Below, one piece after another: positions 39,278-49,101 of a DNA stretch of 57,199 nucleotides (the first letter of the stretch is position 1; each line of letters begins with the position of its first letter). The notes below the pieces were generated by a model. The model was not told the DNA's origin, did not search any database, and was given only the letters and a program-made list of their open reading frames with translations. The translations under genes were made by a program, and so were the position numbers. The stretch is from Clostridia bacterium (GTDB taxonomy: Bacteria > Bacillota > Clostridia > UMGS1883), in NCBI GenBank assembly GCA_045545055.1, contig JAZQAB010000092.1:1-57199 (forward strand), read 5' to 3'.

Positions 39278-41617
39278 ATGAAAACAAAGAGAATCCTTTC
39301 GTTTTTGATTTCAACTTTAATATTATTTTCCACATCAGTTTCCTTTGCACAGGGGGAATATGCAACGCGTGGAGAGGTAGCCTCCATGCTTTTGCAGGCT
39401 GCCGATTTTTATAACGAGGGAGTTATGAAAAGCGACATTTTAAAAGGCTATGAGGACGGACTGTTGCACGAGGAACGCCCCGTTACCCGTGCCGAGGCAT
39501 TGGTAATGCTTAAAAGGGCTTTCAAAACTGTTCCGACACCGGTAGGGCACAATGCTCGTACTGCACTTTCCTCTGAAGCGTTTTCGGATATTCCTATGTG
39601 GGCAGAAAACGAGCTTAGTGAAATTTTTTCCGCAGGTTTGGTTGCAGGAACTGCTCCTGAAACCTTTTCACCGCAAGCAAGCGTTAACAAGGAGCAAATG
39701 AAGCTTTTTATAGAGCGTATGTATTCTTTGCAGGGTAGAAACGAAAAGGATGATTTTTATGCATCGGTTAATAAAAATGCTCTTGAAAAGATGGATTTGC
39801 TTACGGGAAATCCTGTCAACGGGACAATAGAATCGCTTTCTTTTGAATCTAACGGTAATGTTGATAAAATAATAAAAGAAATAGTTAATCAAAACCATAC
39901 TGAGGGTAGCGTGAAACAGAAAATAGCAGATTTTTATAAATCTGCGGCAGACGTTAAAAATCGCAATAAAACAGGAATAAAACCTATAGAAAAGTATCTT
40001 GAAAAAATAGATTCGGCAAAGAATATAGGGGAGCTTACAGTGCTTCATTCTATTTTAACAGAGGAGCTATGCATATTTCCGTTTTTGGAATTTCAATTAA
40101 CCTATGATTTAGAGGAGGGCAAGGAGTATCTTTTATATCTTTCAGTCCTGACGCCTTTAGCTCCGAAAGAAACCTACACGTACGGAAAGAACAAGGAGGA
40201 ATATCTTGAATATATAAGCACTCTGTTTTCGCTTTTAGGTGATGATGAATTATCGTCACAGAAAAATGCACACGTCTTTTTTGAATTTGAAAAAACACTA
40301 TCGGAAAACATGCTTGATAAGAAAGAAAGTAGTAATATTCAATCGGTTTATAATGTTTTATCCTATAACAAAATATGCTCGCTTTTCCCGGATTTTGATA
40401 TGGAAAGGCTGATTAATTCCTGCGGCTTTGAATCGGAGGAGAAAATAGTCGTGTCTGACACAAGGCTTTTGGAAGCATTTTCTCATATGTACAGTCAGTC
40501 AAATCTTGAAGCGTTAAAGCTTGCGATGAAAATAATGCTTGCGGTAAAAATCGGAGAAACACTCAATGAAGATTTTCTTCGAGCATCAGTAGAATTTGAC
40601 AATGCCATTACGGGAATTGACAGTGAGTATATTATTGAGGACTATATTTTAAGTGTGCTTGATACGGCTATGCCGGATTATCTCTCGGAGGTCTATTCGG
40701 CACAATATTTTGATGAAGAGTCCAAGCGTGATGTTGAGAGAATGACCCATGAGATTATCGGAATCTTTAAAAAACGCATAGACGCACTTACTTGGATGAA
40801 TGAAGAAACGAAGACAAAAGCAAAGACAAAGCTTGATTCAATGGGGGTTAAAATAGGTTATCCCGACAGCTTTGATTCGTATCTTGACAACGTTACAATT
40901 CGTTCTCCAAAGCAGGGTGGAACATATTTTGACAATATGATAAAAATTAACAAGGCTCGCAGGGATTATTACGCAAAGATGCAAAAATCCGAGCCTGACC
41001 GCACAGTGTGGTTTCTCACTCCGTATACGGTGAACGCTGTGTATAATTCTGCCACAAATGATATAACGCTTCCTGCCGCAGTCCTGCAGAAACCGCTGTA
41101 TGATAAAAATGCTCCTTATGAGAAAAATCTTGGAGGTATAGGCTTTATCATTGCACACGAAATAACTCACGCATTTGACGCTAACGGTGCACTTTTTGAT
41201 GAAAACGGGAATATGCAGGATTGGTGGAGTGATGAAGACAGAGCGGAGTTTTCAAAGCTCTGTGCAAAGGTTTCAAGTCTTTATGACGGCTGTGAGGCAG
41301 TGCCCGGGATTCAGAATGACGGAATACTTACCCTTAATGAAAATATTGCCGATTTGGGAGCGGCATCGTGCATTACCCAGCTTGCTAATGAAAAGAAGCT
41401 TGACCATAAGCTGATGTACAAAGCATTTGCCGAGGTTTGGGCAGGAACCGCAACTCGCGAGTTTTATGAGTATCTTTCACTTAATGATGTTCACAGCAGC
41501 GGTAAGATTCGAGTAAACAGAACCCTTATGAATCTTCCCGAATTTTATGAAGCTTTTGAAATTAAGCAGGGCGATGGTATGTACCTACCGATTGAGGAAA
41601 GAGTAATTATATGGTAA
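39278..41617 (+). CDS. M13 (neprilysin/PepO-like) metallopeptidase with N-terminal SLH domains
   Basis: Signal peptide, SLH motifs (GYEDG..H.ERPVTRAEA), DDFY..VN, VNAVY, HEITH, ENIAD. Confidence 0.9.
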   Translation: MKTKRILSFLISTLILFSTSVSFAQGEYATRGEVASMLLQAADFYNEGVMKSDILKGYEDGLLHEERPVTRAEALVMLKRAFKTVPTPVGHNARTALSSEAFSDIPMWAENELSEIFSAGLVAGTAPETFSPQASVNKEQMKLFIERMYSLQGRNEKDDFYASVNKNALEKMDLLTGNPVNGTIESLSFESNGNVDKIIKEIVNQNHTEGSVKQKIADFYKSAADVKNRNKTGIKPIEKYLEKIDSAKNIGELTVLHSILTEELCIFPFLEFQLTYDLEEGKEYLLYLSVLTPLAPKETYTYGKNKEEYLEYISTLFSLLGDDELSSQKNAHVFFEFEKTLSENMLDKKESSNIQSVYNVLSYNKICSLFPDFDMERLINSCGFESEEKIVVSDTRLLEAFSHMYSQSNLEALKLAMKIMLAVKIGETLNEDFLRASVEFDNAITGIDSEYIIEDYILSVLDTAMPDYLSEVYSAQYFDEESKRDVERMTHEIIGIFKKRIDALTWMNEETKTKAKTKLDSMGVKIGYPDSFDSYLDNVTIRSPKQGGTYFDNMIKINKARRDYYAKMQKSEPDRTVWFLTPYTVNAVYNSATNDITLPAAVLQKPLYDKNAPYEKNLGGIGFIIAHEITHAFDANGALFDENGNMQDWWSDEDRAEFSKLCAKVSSLYDGCEAVPGIQNDGILTLNENIADLGAASCITQLANEKKLDHKLMYKAFAEVWAGTATREFYEYLSLNDVHSSGKIRVNRTLMNLPEFYEAFEIKQGDGMYLPIEERVIIW

Positions 41618-41661
41618 TAAATAAGTCGGTTCAGAATTTAGTTCTGAACCGACTTATTTAT
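41617..41661. terminator. Bidirectional terminator
   Basis: TAAATAAGTCGGTTCAGAA-tttag-TTCTGAACCGACTTATTTA. Confidence 0.8.
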
Positions 41662-41683
41662 GGTTTTATAACAACCTTTTTTA

Positions 41684-43414
41684 TCAGGACTTACTTGTAT
41701 ACAGCGAATATAACTTTGAATAAACGCCGCCTTTTGAAATTAATTCTTCATGTGTTCCTTCTTCTGCAATTCCGTCCTGTGTCAAAACAAGAATACGTCC
41801 TGCATTTTTAATTGTTGTAAGTCTGTGTGCAATCGTAAATGTAGTTCTGTTTTGCGAAAGCTTTTCAAGGGACTTTTGAACTAAATACTCGCTTTCGTTA
41901 TCAAGAGCGGAGGTAGCTTCGTCGAGAATCAATATGGGAGGGTTTTTAAGGAATACTCTTGCAATAGAAATTCGTTGTTTTTGTCCTCCCGAAAGCTTTA
42001 CACCACGTTCCCCGACATATGTGTCATATCCATCGGGAAGCTCTGTTATAAACTCGTGTGCACCTGCCGCTTTTGCCGCTTCCTCAACCTCGGCACGTGT
42101 TGCTCCGGGTTTTCCGTAGACTATGTTGTCATACACGCTGCCGCTGAAAAGATAAACGTCCTGCTGGACTGTGCCGATATTGCTCCGAAGTGATTTTAAT
42201 GTTATATCGTGAATATCAATTCCGTCAATATATATTTTGCCGTCAGCAATGTCATAAAATCGGGGAATCAGATTGCAAAGGGTGCTTTTACCGCCGCCCG
42301 ACGGACCTACAATAGCGATGTTTTCACCGGGATTTATATGGAGATTTATGTGGTTCAGCACATCTGTTCCGTTTTCGTTATATCTGAAACGGACGTCTCT
42401 AAGTTCGATTTCACCATTAAGCTTTTCTACATCGTGAGAGAAATCACTGTCTTCAATCAGTACAGGCTCGTCCATTATTTCGTAAAATCTTTCAATACCT
42501 GTTATGCCTTTCTGGAATTGCTCGGTAAATTCCACCACACGCCTGATTGAAGTGATAAGTGTCTGTATATAAAGCAGGTAAGCAATCAAATCGGCACTGT
42601 TAATATATCCGTTTGCCATAAATATTGAGCCGATTACTATTACACCGATATACATAACTCCGTCAAAGAATCTTGTCCCTGCCTGAAAGAGAGCCATGTA
42701 TTTGTAAGCGTGCTTTTTCGTGTCAAGAAACTTACGGTTTCCCTTTTCAAATTTTTCCCTCTCAATATCTTCGTTGGCAAAGCTTTTAACTACACGTATT
42801 CCCAAAAGGCTGTCCTCGAGGTCTGAATTAAGCTCTCCGATTTGCTCACGCTGTTTTTTGAATGCGTTTTTCATTTTCTTTCTGAAAACTACCGCCGAAA
42901 TCAGCATGAGGGGGAGAAGCAGAAAAATTAAAAGGGTAAGATAAAAATTAATTCCCGAAAGAATAATAAATGAACCAATTATTTTTATGCTGCCTATAAA
43001 AAATTCTTCGGGACAGTGGTGAGAAAACTCGGTAACGTCAAAAAGGTCGCTTGTAACTCTGGACATGATTTGTCCCACTTTGGCATTGTCGTAGTAGCTG
43101 AACGGAAGCTTCTGCAAATGGTTGAAAAGGTCACGACGCATATCGGTTTCAAGCCTCGCTCCCGTTATATGCCCGATATTAGCCATAAAATATTGTGCGG
43201 CAGTATCGCAGAATCTCAGAAACAGGTAAATTGTGCTGAGCCTGATAACCGTTGACATAAGTACCTCGGAAGCTCCGCTTAGTGCGGTGTTGGTTATTTC
43301 ACGTACAATCATGGGAAATACAAGCTCGCATATTGTTGATGCTGCGGCACAAAGTAAATCCAGTATTATAATTCCGATGTACGGCTTATAGTAAGAAGCA
43401 AACCTTTTAAACAT
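41684..43414 (-). CDS. ABC exporter, fused permease and ATP-binding domains
   Basis: TM domain, GPSGGGKST, LSGGQKQR, LDEATSALD, IAHRL. Confidence 0.93.
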   Translation of the reverse strand: MFKRFASYYKPYIGIIILDLLCAAASTICELVFPMIVREITNTALSGASEVLMSTVIRLSTIYLFLRFCDTAAQYFMANIGHITGARLETDMRRDLFNHLQKLPFSYYDNAKVGQIMSRVTSDLFDVTEFSHHCPEEFFIGSIKIIGSFIILSGINFYLTLLIFLLLPLMLISAVVFRKKMKNAFKKQREQIGELNSDLEDSLLGIRVVKSFANEDIEREKFEKGNRKFLDTKKHAYKYMALFQAGTRFFDGVMYIGVIVIGSIFMANGYINSADLIAYLLYIQTLITSIRRVVEFTEQFQKGITGIERFYEIMDEPVLIEDSDFSHDVEKLNGEIELRDVRFRYNENGTDVLNHINLHINPGENIAIVGPSGGGKSTLCNLIPRFYDIADGKIYIDGIDIHDITLKSLRSNIGTVQQDVYLFSGSVYDNIVYGKPGATRAEVEEAAKAAGAHEFITELPDGYDTYVGERGVKLSGGQKQRISIARVFLKNPPILILDEATSALDNESEYLVQKSLEKLSQNRTTFTIAHRLTTIKNAGRILVLTQDGIAEEGTHEELISKGGVYSKLYSLYTSKS

Positions 43415-43565
43415 AATAATCTCCAATCAGTCTGTAAAATGTGGTCTGAAAACCCTTTAATCAAGTTATAATTGTATAATATTCATACATCTATGTCAAT
43501 GAAATTTTTAATTGACGGGCTAATTAACGGGTGATATAATATTTTTAACAATTGGTGGAGGAAAA

Positions 43566-44948
43566 ATGATGACAAGAACGGAAATTTCGGAAATAGTAAC
43601 CAAGCAAAGAAAATTCTTTTCCACAGGTAAAACCTTAGATGTTAATTACAGAATAAAGGTGTTAAAAAAGCTTAGAAGTTTTCTTAAAGAAAATGAAAAT
43701 AAAATCTCCGAAGCACTAAAAAAGGATTTGGGTAAGTCTTACTGTGAGAGCTATATGTGCGAAACAGGGCTGGTGCTCAGCGAAATATCCCATATGCTGA
43801 GACACATAAAAAGCTACGCAAAGGATAAGAACGTTATAAGTCCTTTGCCGCAGTTTCACTCTCACAGCTTTGTTAAACCCATGCCATATGGTGTTACGCT
43901 AATTATGAGTCCATGGAATTATCCCTTGCTTTTGACGCTTTCTCCACTTGTAAATGCCATTGCGGCAGGGAATACCGCCGTGGTAAAGCCAAGTGCCTAT
44001 TCACCGGAAGTAAGCCGTGTTATTAAAGAAATTATTGAGAACGTATTTTCTCCCGAATACGTATCTTGCATAAGCGGAGGCAGGGAAGAAAACGGATATC
44101 TTCTTGATGAAAAATTTGATTATATTTTCTTTACCGGCAGCAAAAATGTAGGCAAGCTTGTGCTTGAAAAGGCAGCACCCAATCTTACTCCCGTAACCTT
44201 GGAGCTGGGTGGCAAAAGTCCGTGCATTGTGGATAAAACGGCAAATCTAAAGCTTGCCGCAAAGCGAATTGTTTTCGGAAAATATCTTAATTGCGGGCAG
44301 ACCTGTGTAGCTCCCGACTATATAATGTGCGAAAAGAATGTAAAGGACAGATTTGTAAAATATGTGATTGAGGAAATAAAAAAGCAGTACTCATGCAACG
44401 CTCTTGAAAATGCAAACTACGGAAAAATCGTTAATCAAAAGCACTTTGAAAGACTTTTGGGCTTGATTGATACGAAAAAGGTTGTGTTCGGAGGGGGCAG
44501 TAATTCCGAGACTCTTCAAATACAGCCTACGGTTATGGACAATGTAACAAATGAAGATTCCGTTATGCAGGAGGAAATTTTTGGTCCTATAATGCCGATT
44601 CTTACCTTTGAATCTCTTGACAGTGTTATTGAAATCATAAATAGGGGAGAAAAGCCCCTTGCACTTTATATATTCTCATCAGATAAGAAGAATATTAAGA
44701 AGGTAACAACCCTTTGTGCTTTCGGAGGAGGCTGTGTGAACGATACAATCATACACCTTGCCACAAGCAATATGGGCTTTGGAGGTGTGGGCGAAAGCGG
44801 AATGGGAGCTTACCACGGAAAAGTCGGCTTTGATACTTTCTCACATCACAAAAGCATTGTCGATAAAAAAACATGGATTGACCTTCCGATGCGTTATCAG
44901 CCCTATGACAAGTTCAAAGAAAGATTAATAAGAATGTTTTTGAAATAA
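43566..44948 (+). CDS. Aldehyde dehydrogenase (ALDH3/YwdH-like)
   Basis: PWNYP, FTGS, LELGGKSP, GQTCVAPDY, EEIFGP, FGGVGESG. Confidence 0.93.
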   Translation: MMTRTEISEIVTKQRKFFSTGKTLDVNYRIKVLKKLRSFLKENENKISEALKKDLGKSYCESYMCETGLVLSEISHMLRHIKSYAKDKNVISPLPQFHSHSFVKPMPYGVTLIMSPWNYPLLLTLSPLVNAIAAGNTAVVKPSAYSPEVSRVIKEIIENVFSPEYVSCISGGREENGYLLDEKFDYIFFTGSKNVGKLVLEKAAPNLTPVTLELGGKSPCIVDKTANLKLAAKRIVFGKYLNCGQTCVAPDYIMCEKNVKDRFVKYVIEEIKKQYSCNALENANYGKIVNQKHFERLLGLIDTKKVVFGGGSNSETLQIQPTVMDNVTNEDSVMQEEIFGPIMPILTFESLDSVIEIINRGEKPLALYIFSSDKKNIKKVTTLCAFGGGCVNDTIIHLATSNMGFGGVGESGMGAYHGKVGFDTFSHHKSIVDKKTWIDLPMRYQPYDKFKERLIRMFLK

Positions 44949-44995
44949 AAATAGGAATTAAGGCTTGACACCTTTCAAGCCTTAATTCCTATTTT
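44947..44995. terminator. Bidirectional terminator overlapping the psd 3' end
   Basis: AAAATAGGAATTAAGGCTTGA...TCAAGCCTTAATTCCTATTTT. Confidence 0.75.
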
Positions 44996-45841
44996 TTCAC
45001 CGAATTTTACCACTGTTTCGTAATCTTCATCGGAATTTTTTAATATATCTTCGTCAATAATTGCGACGTTTTCTTTAAGCAGAACAACTACCGTAGAACC
45101 GCCAAATTCAAAATAACCTTTTTCCTGACCTCTTTGTACCGATTCAATGTCATTATGATGGTTTACGATTTTTCCCACCAAAAGTGCACCGACCTCCATC
45201 ATTATTATATCCTCGAAATTTTTGCTATGAAGAACACTGTAGGTTCTTGTGTTTTCCTTATAAATAGGGAAGTAATCATTTGCTATAGGATTTACCGTGT
45301 GCAATTTGCCGTGAATGGTTACGGTTTTTTCTTTCTCGGCATCGTCTATGTAGCAATACCTGTGGTAATCATCTACAGAAAGTCTGAATATAAGAGCATA
45401 GCCGTTTTTATACTCCTGTGCTAAGGCTTCGTTTTGCAAAAGGGAAGCCACCGAGTAAGGGGTTTGCTTTATGACAAAACGTGTTTTATCGGTGATTTTT
45501 AAAACCGTCAGCTTGCTGTCACACGGACTAATCAAGCTCTTTGGCGTAAAGTCAACGGGACGAACCTGTGTTTTGATTTTACGGCAGAAAAACTCGTTGT
45601 AGCTTTTATACCGAGCATCTTCATAAAGGCTCATATCAATATTATTCTTTTTAATAAAGGTTTTAATAAGCATACAGGAGGGCTTGGAGGAGAGAAATAC
45701 GCCTGCCGCCTTGGAGATGAATGGTCTTGTTAAGGGTTTTAACAAGAGTCTTCCAAAAACATTGCCGTAAAGCTTTTTAAGTATACGGTCCTGCTTGCTT
45801 TCATATTCAATTGTGCTTCCGTCACGCAATCTTTGTTTCAT
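44975..45841 (-). CDS. psd: Phosphatidylserine decarboxylase
   Basis: NEFF.R, SPCD, RLSVDDYHR, EVGA..VG, GYFEFGGST self-cleavage motif. Confidence 0.92.
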   Translation of the reverse strand: MKQRLRDGSTIEYESKQDRILKKLYGNVFGRLLLKPLTRPFISKAAGVFLSSKPSCMLIKTFIKKNNIDMSLYEDARYKSYNEFFCRKIKTQVRPVDFTPKSLISPCDSKLTVLKITDKTRFVIKQTPYSVASLLQNEALAQEYKNGYALIFRLSVDDYHRYCYIDDAEKEKTVTIHGKLHTVNPIANDYFPIYKENTRTYSVLHSKNFEDIIMMEVGALLVGKIVNHHNDIESVQRGQEKGYFEFGGSTVVVLLKENVAIIDEDILKNSDEDYETVVKFGEKIGIKA

Positions 45842-46514
45842 ACAAGTCCCCTATATAATTTGTTTTTAAGGTTTTGGATACCCCTGTAATCTTTGTGTAT
45901 GTAAATATTACTCCGATTATAACAGCCGTAATACCCATAAGGGTTAATATTGTTTTAAGATTGGGCTTACGCAGCTTAAAATCAAGAATGAACAAAAATC
46001 CCGTTATAAATAAAACAAAGTGAAGCAAAACAGGAAAAACCGATGCAGGAATTAAGAATTGCATCCAGAAAGCAAGCGGAAGAATGAGTGATATCGAGGT
46101 CACAGGAAGTCCACGGTATATCTTAGCACAGCCGTCTTCAGTTTTCTGACGGTTTAGTTCCATTACATTAAAGAATGCAAGGCGTATTACTGCACACAAG
46201 CAGTAAAAAGAAAGTATAGCACAACCGATGATACCCCTGAGACCCAAAAGATAACAAATCATGGCAGGGAAGATGCCAAAGCAAATCACATCGCACAAGG
46301 AATCAAGCTGAATGCCGAAATTCTTCTCATCCTCAGTGCGATTCTTTTTCGTGCGTGCCACTCTGCCGTCAAAGGCATCACAAACTCCCGAAAATGCCAG
46401 AGCGAAAATTGCCGTTGTGAAATTCCCGTTATGAGCTTGTATCATTCCGAAAACGGAGGATATCAAGCTCAGATATGTAAGCAAAACAGTATAATCGTAA
46501 ACTCCTATAAACAT
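45822..46514 (-). CDS. pssA: CDP-alcohol phosphatidyltransferase (phosphatidylserine synthase)
   Basis: DAFDGRVAR...FGIQLDSLCD motif. Directly upstream of psd. Confidence 0.88.
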   Translation of the reverse strand: MFIGVYDYTVLLTYLSLISSVFGMIQAHNGNFTTAIFALAFSGVCDAFDGRVARTKKNRTEDEKNFGIQLDSLCDVICFGIFPAMICYLLGLRGIIGCAILSFYCLCAVIRLAFFNVMELNRQKTEDGCAKIYRGLPVTSISLILPLAFWMQFLIPASVFPVLLHFVLFITGFLFILDFKLRKPNLKTILTLMGITAVIIGVIFTYTKITGVSKTLKTNYIGDLYETKIA

Positions 46515-46543
46515 AATTACTCGTTACCTTTCATTGGAAGATA

Positions 46544-46939
46544 TCAGACTCTGCGGCGGATTCTTGCAGTGAGCTTCCTTTTTCTGCGTTTCTTTACAAT
46601 AGAATATGATGCTTTAAGTGTCCTCATAACGGAATCCTTGTCATTATCGCTTATTTCATTATCCGCAAAGAATGAGGTTATTTCATTAATCAGGCTTTCC
46701 GTTCTGCTTGCTGAGGGTAAATCCCTGTTTTCACTGTCCTCATTCTCCGAAAGCAGATAATTAACACTGCAGCCTAATGCAAAAGCAAGCTTTGAATAAA
46801 CCTCGCGTTTTTTGGGATATCTGCCTGCAACCTCATAATTTCTTATTGTACGCAGAGAGAGTCCGCAAAGCTTTCCAAGCTCCGTCTGGGAAAGCTTCTT
46901 TCCTGTCCGAAGCTGACGCACCTTTTCTCCAAATCTCAT
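46544..46939 (-). CDS. XRE-family HTH regulator
   Basis: FGEKVRQLR...LSQTELG...LRTIRNYE..GRYP...LA.ALGCSVNYLL. Confidence 0.88.
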   Translation of the reverse strand: MRFGEKVRQLRTGKKLSQTELGKLCGLSLRTIRNYEVAGRYPKKREVYSKLAFALGCSVNYLLSENEDSENRDLPSASRTESLINEITSFFADNEISDNDKDSVMRTLKASYSIVKKRRKRKLTARIRRRV

Positions 46940-46995
46940 TATACGTGCCTCCTTGGGAAAAATATTTGCCTTTTATAGGTGGCTTTGCACCACAA

Positions 46996-47045
46996 ATAGG
47001 CAATATTCTTACCTATATTGTATGGCAAAATGCAAAGTTTGTCAA
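46996..47045 (-). promoter_or_regulatory. SigA promoter with an operator-like palindrome over the start site
   Basis: TTGACA-17-TACAAT (47045-47017) and ATAGGCAA-tattc-TTACCTAT (46996-47016). Confidence 0.55.
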
Positions 47046-47172
47046 TGCTTTTAGGGAAATTTGTCGAATTAAAGGGGAAACATTCTTTCCTTATTGTGAT
47101 TGACTGCGAAAACAGTAATTTTTTGGTTGAATTTACTTTTTAAAGCTGATATAATAGCAGGAGTGAAAGGGA

Positions 47173-48102
47173 GTGGTACGGGTGCAATTACATAGATTTT
47201 CAGTTTTGGTTAACTGTAATTTAGCAGATGATGAATTGGTAACAGATAAATTGCAGGATTCTGAAAAATTGTATGAGGACAGTGGATTTATTATGCTGCC
47301 TGATAACTATAGTGAAGACGGAAATCCTACACGGCTCGTAATCAGTTGTCACGGTGCAGGCGGTACAGTTACTACTGACGATTCACAAATTGAACATCAG
47401 GCGTTAACAAAGTATCTGGTGTCAAATGGATATGCCGTTATGGATGTGAATGCTCTTCCAACGAAATATGCTGAAGAAAACGGTATTGATATTCGCAATA
47501 ATATCGGAAGCCCCATCGCAATAAGGAGCTATGTTAAAGCATATCGTTATTGTATGGATAATTTTAATCTTATGAAAGAAGTGTTTGTTCACGGCGGCTC
47601 AATGGGCGGATTAAGCAGTACAAATCTTGTTTTGAGCGGATTGATTCCCATTCTTGCACATTCTGCTTTTTGCCCTGTGCTTGATACGTATAACCAGGTC
47701 TTTCTGAAGCCATGGAGCGGAGGATTGCCAAAAGTTGCTCTGGGAAAGATATACGGGCTTGCTATGGATGAATCGGGCAATTACATCTATGATGAAAGTA
47801 AAATTGCAGGCTTTAATCCTTCGAAAAATAAAAAAGCCGAAGCTTATCCCGTTCCGGTGAAATTCTGGCACTGTGTAGATGACCCAACCGTTTCTTACGA
47901 GGTTACAGAAAAGTTTGTTGCTAAAATCATAGAAAACGGTGGTGAGGCATACTTAAGGACCTTGCCTTACGGAGGTCACGAGCCTCAGATGGTAGGGGAT
48001 TTTGTGAAAAATCCTTGCGGATGCAATTTGCTCGACGGCATACAAATACAAATTTCCCCCGCCGTGGAGGAAGCTTTTATATGGATAAGAAATTTTAGTT
48101 GA
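47173..48102 (+). CDS. Alpha/beta hydrolase-fold protein
   Basis: CHGAGG, GGSMGG nucleophile elbow, WH..DDPTV, GGH. Confidence 0.8.
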   Translation: MVRVQLHRFSVLVNCNLADDELVTDKLQDSEKLYEDSGFIMLPDNYSEDGNPTRLVISCHGAGGTVTTDDSQIEHQALTKYLVSNGYAVMDVNALPTKYAEENGIDIRNNIGSPIAIRSYVKAYRYCMDNFNLMKEVFVHGGSMGGLSSTNLVLSGLIPILAHSAFCPVLDTYNQVFLKPWSGGLPKVALGKIYGLAMDESGNYIYDESKIAGFNPSKNKKAEAYPVPVKFWHCVDDPTVSYEVTEKFVAKIIENGGEAYLRTLPYGGHEPQMVGDFVKNPCGCNLLDGIQIQISPAVEEAFIWIRNFS

Positions 48103-48108
48103 AATTAG

Positions 48109-49050
48109 GTGGGTAATATAATGGAACAAAAAAATAAACTTATGACAAATCCTGTTTTTGTAGCGTTGGCGGCAATGTTTTGCTGTGCGTTGTGGGGAAG
48201 TGCAACCCCCTTTATAAAAACAGGATATAAATTGATGCTTCCTGAAAATGATGTAGCTTCGACAATTCTTTTTGCAGGAGTCAGGTTTTTCTTTGCAGGC
48301 ATCATTACAGTTTTGATATACAGCATAGCAAGGAAGAAGCTTCTTGTCCCCAAACGTGAAAATATGGGAGCAGTTGCAACGGTAGCGTGCTTTCAGACTA
48401 TAATTCAATATTTATTCTTTTACATAGGTCTTGCCAATACCACGGGGGTTAAGGGGACTGTTATAAGCGGTTCAAATTCCTTCTTTTCCATATTATTTGC
48501 AACACTCATTTTCAGACAGGAAAAGCTTACCGCTAAAAAGCTTTTTGCGTGTGTTTTAGGATTTATGGGAATTATTCTGATTAATCTTAACGGTCTTAGC
48601 CTGAATTTCAACTTTTTAGGTGACGGATTTGTGCTTTTCTCCAACATGGCATATGGCGTATCGGGAGTTTTGATGAAAAAGTTTTCGCACCGTGAAGACC
48701 CTGTGGTAATAAGCGGATATCAGTTTATTATGGGCGGATTTGTAATGATTCTTGTTGGGCTTCTTATGGGAGGAGTTATTGTCGTTGCAAGCATTAAGGC
48801 GGGGCTTGTTCTTTTATATCTTTCCCTTCTTTCAGCGGTTGCCTACGCTCTCTGGGGTATGCTTCTTAAATACAACCCGGTATCAAAGGTTGCAATATAC
48901 AGCTTTATGACACCTGTTTTCGGAGTTATCCTTTCGACGCTGATGCTTCCCGAAAGCAGCAGTGTTTCGATATTTAATCTTATCATGGCACTTGTGTTGA
49001 TTTGCAGCGGAATCGCAATCGCAAACTATAGTAAACCGACAAATAAATAA
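48109..49050 (+). CDS. DMT/EamA family transporter
   Basis: About 10 TM helices in two EamA repeats (LWGS..PFIK, RFFFAG, LSAVAYALW, MTPVFGV). Confidence 0.9.
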   Translation: MGNIMEQKNKLMTNPVFVALAAMFCCALWGSATPFIKTGYKLMLPENDVASTILFAGVRFFFAGIITVLIYSIARKKLLVPKRENMGAVATVACFQTIIQYLFFYIGLANTTGVKGTVISGSNSFFSILFATLIFRQEKLTAKKLFACVLGFMGIILINLNGLSLNFNFLGDGFVLFSNMAYGVSGVLMKKFSHREDPVVISGYQFIMGGFVMILVGLLMGGVIVVASIKAGLVLLYLSLLSAVAYALWGMLLKYNPVSKVAIYSFMTPVFGVILSTLMLPESSSVSIFNLIMALVLICSGIAIANYSKPTNK

Positions 49051-49058
49051 TATCTATT

Positions 49059-49101
49059 AACGAAAAAGAAACGCACCACCGAGATGCGTTTCTTTTTCGT
49101 T
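49059..49101. terminator. Bidirectional terminator
   Basis: AACGAAAAAGAAACGCA...TGCGTTTCTTTTTCGTT. Confidence 0.8.
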
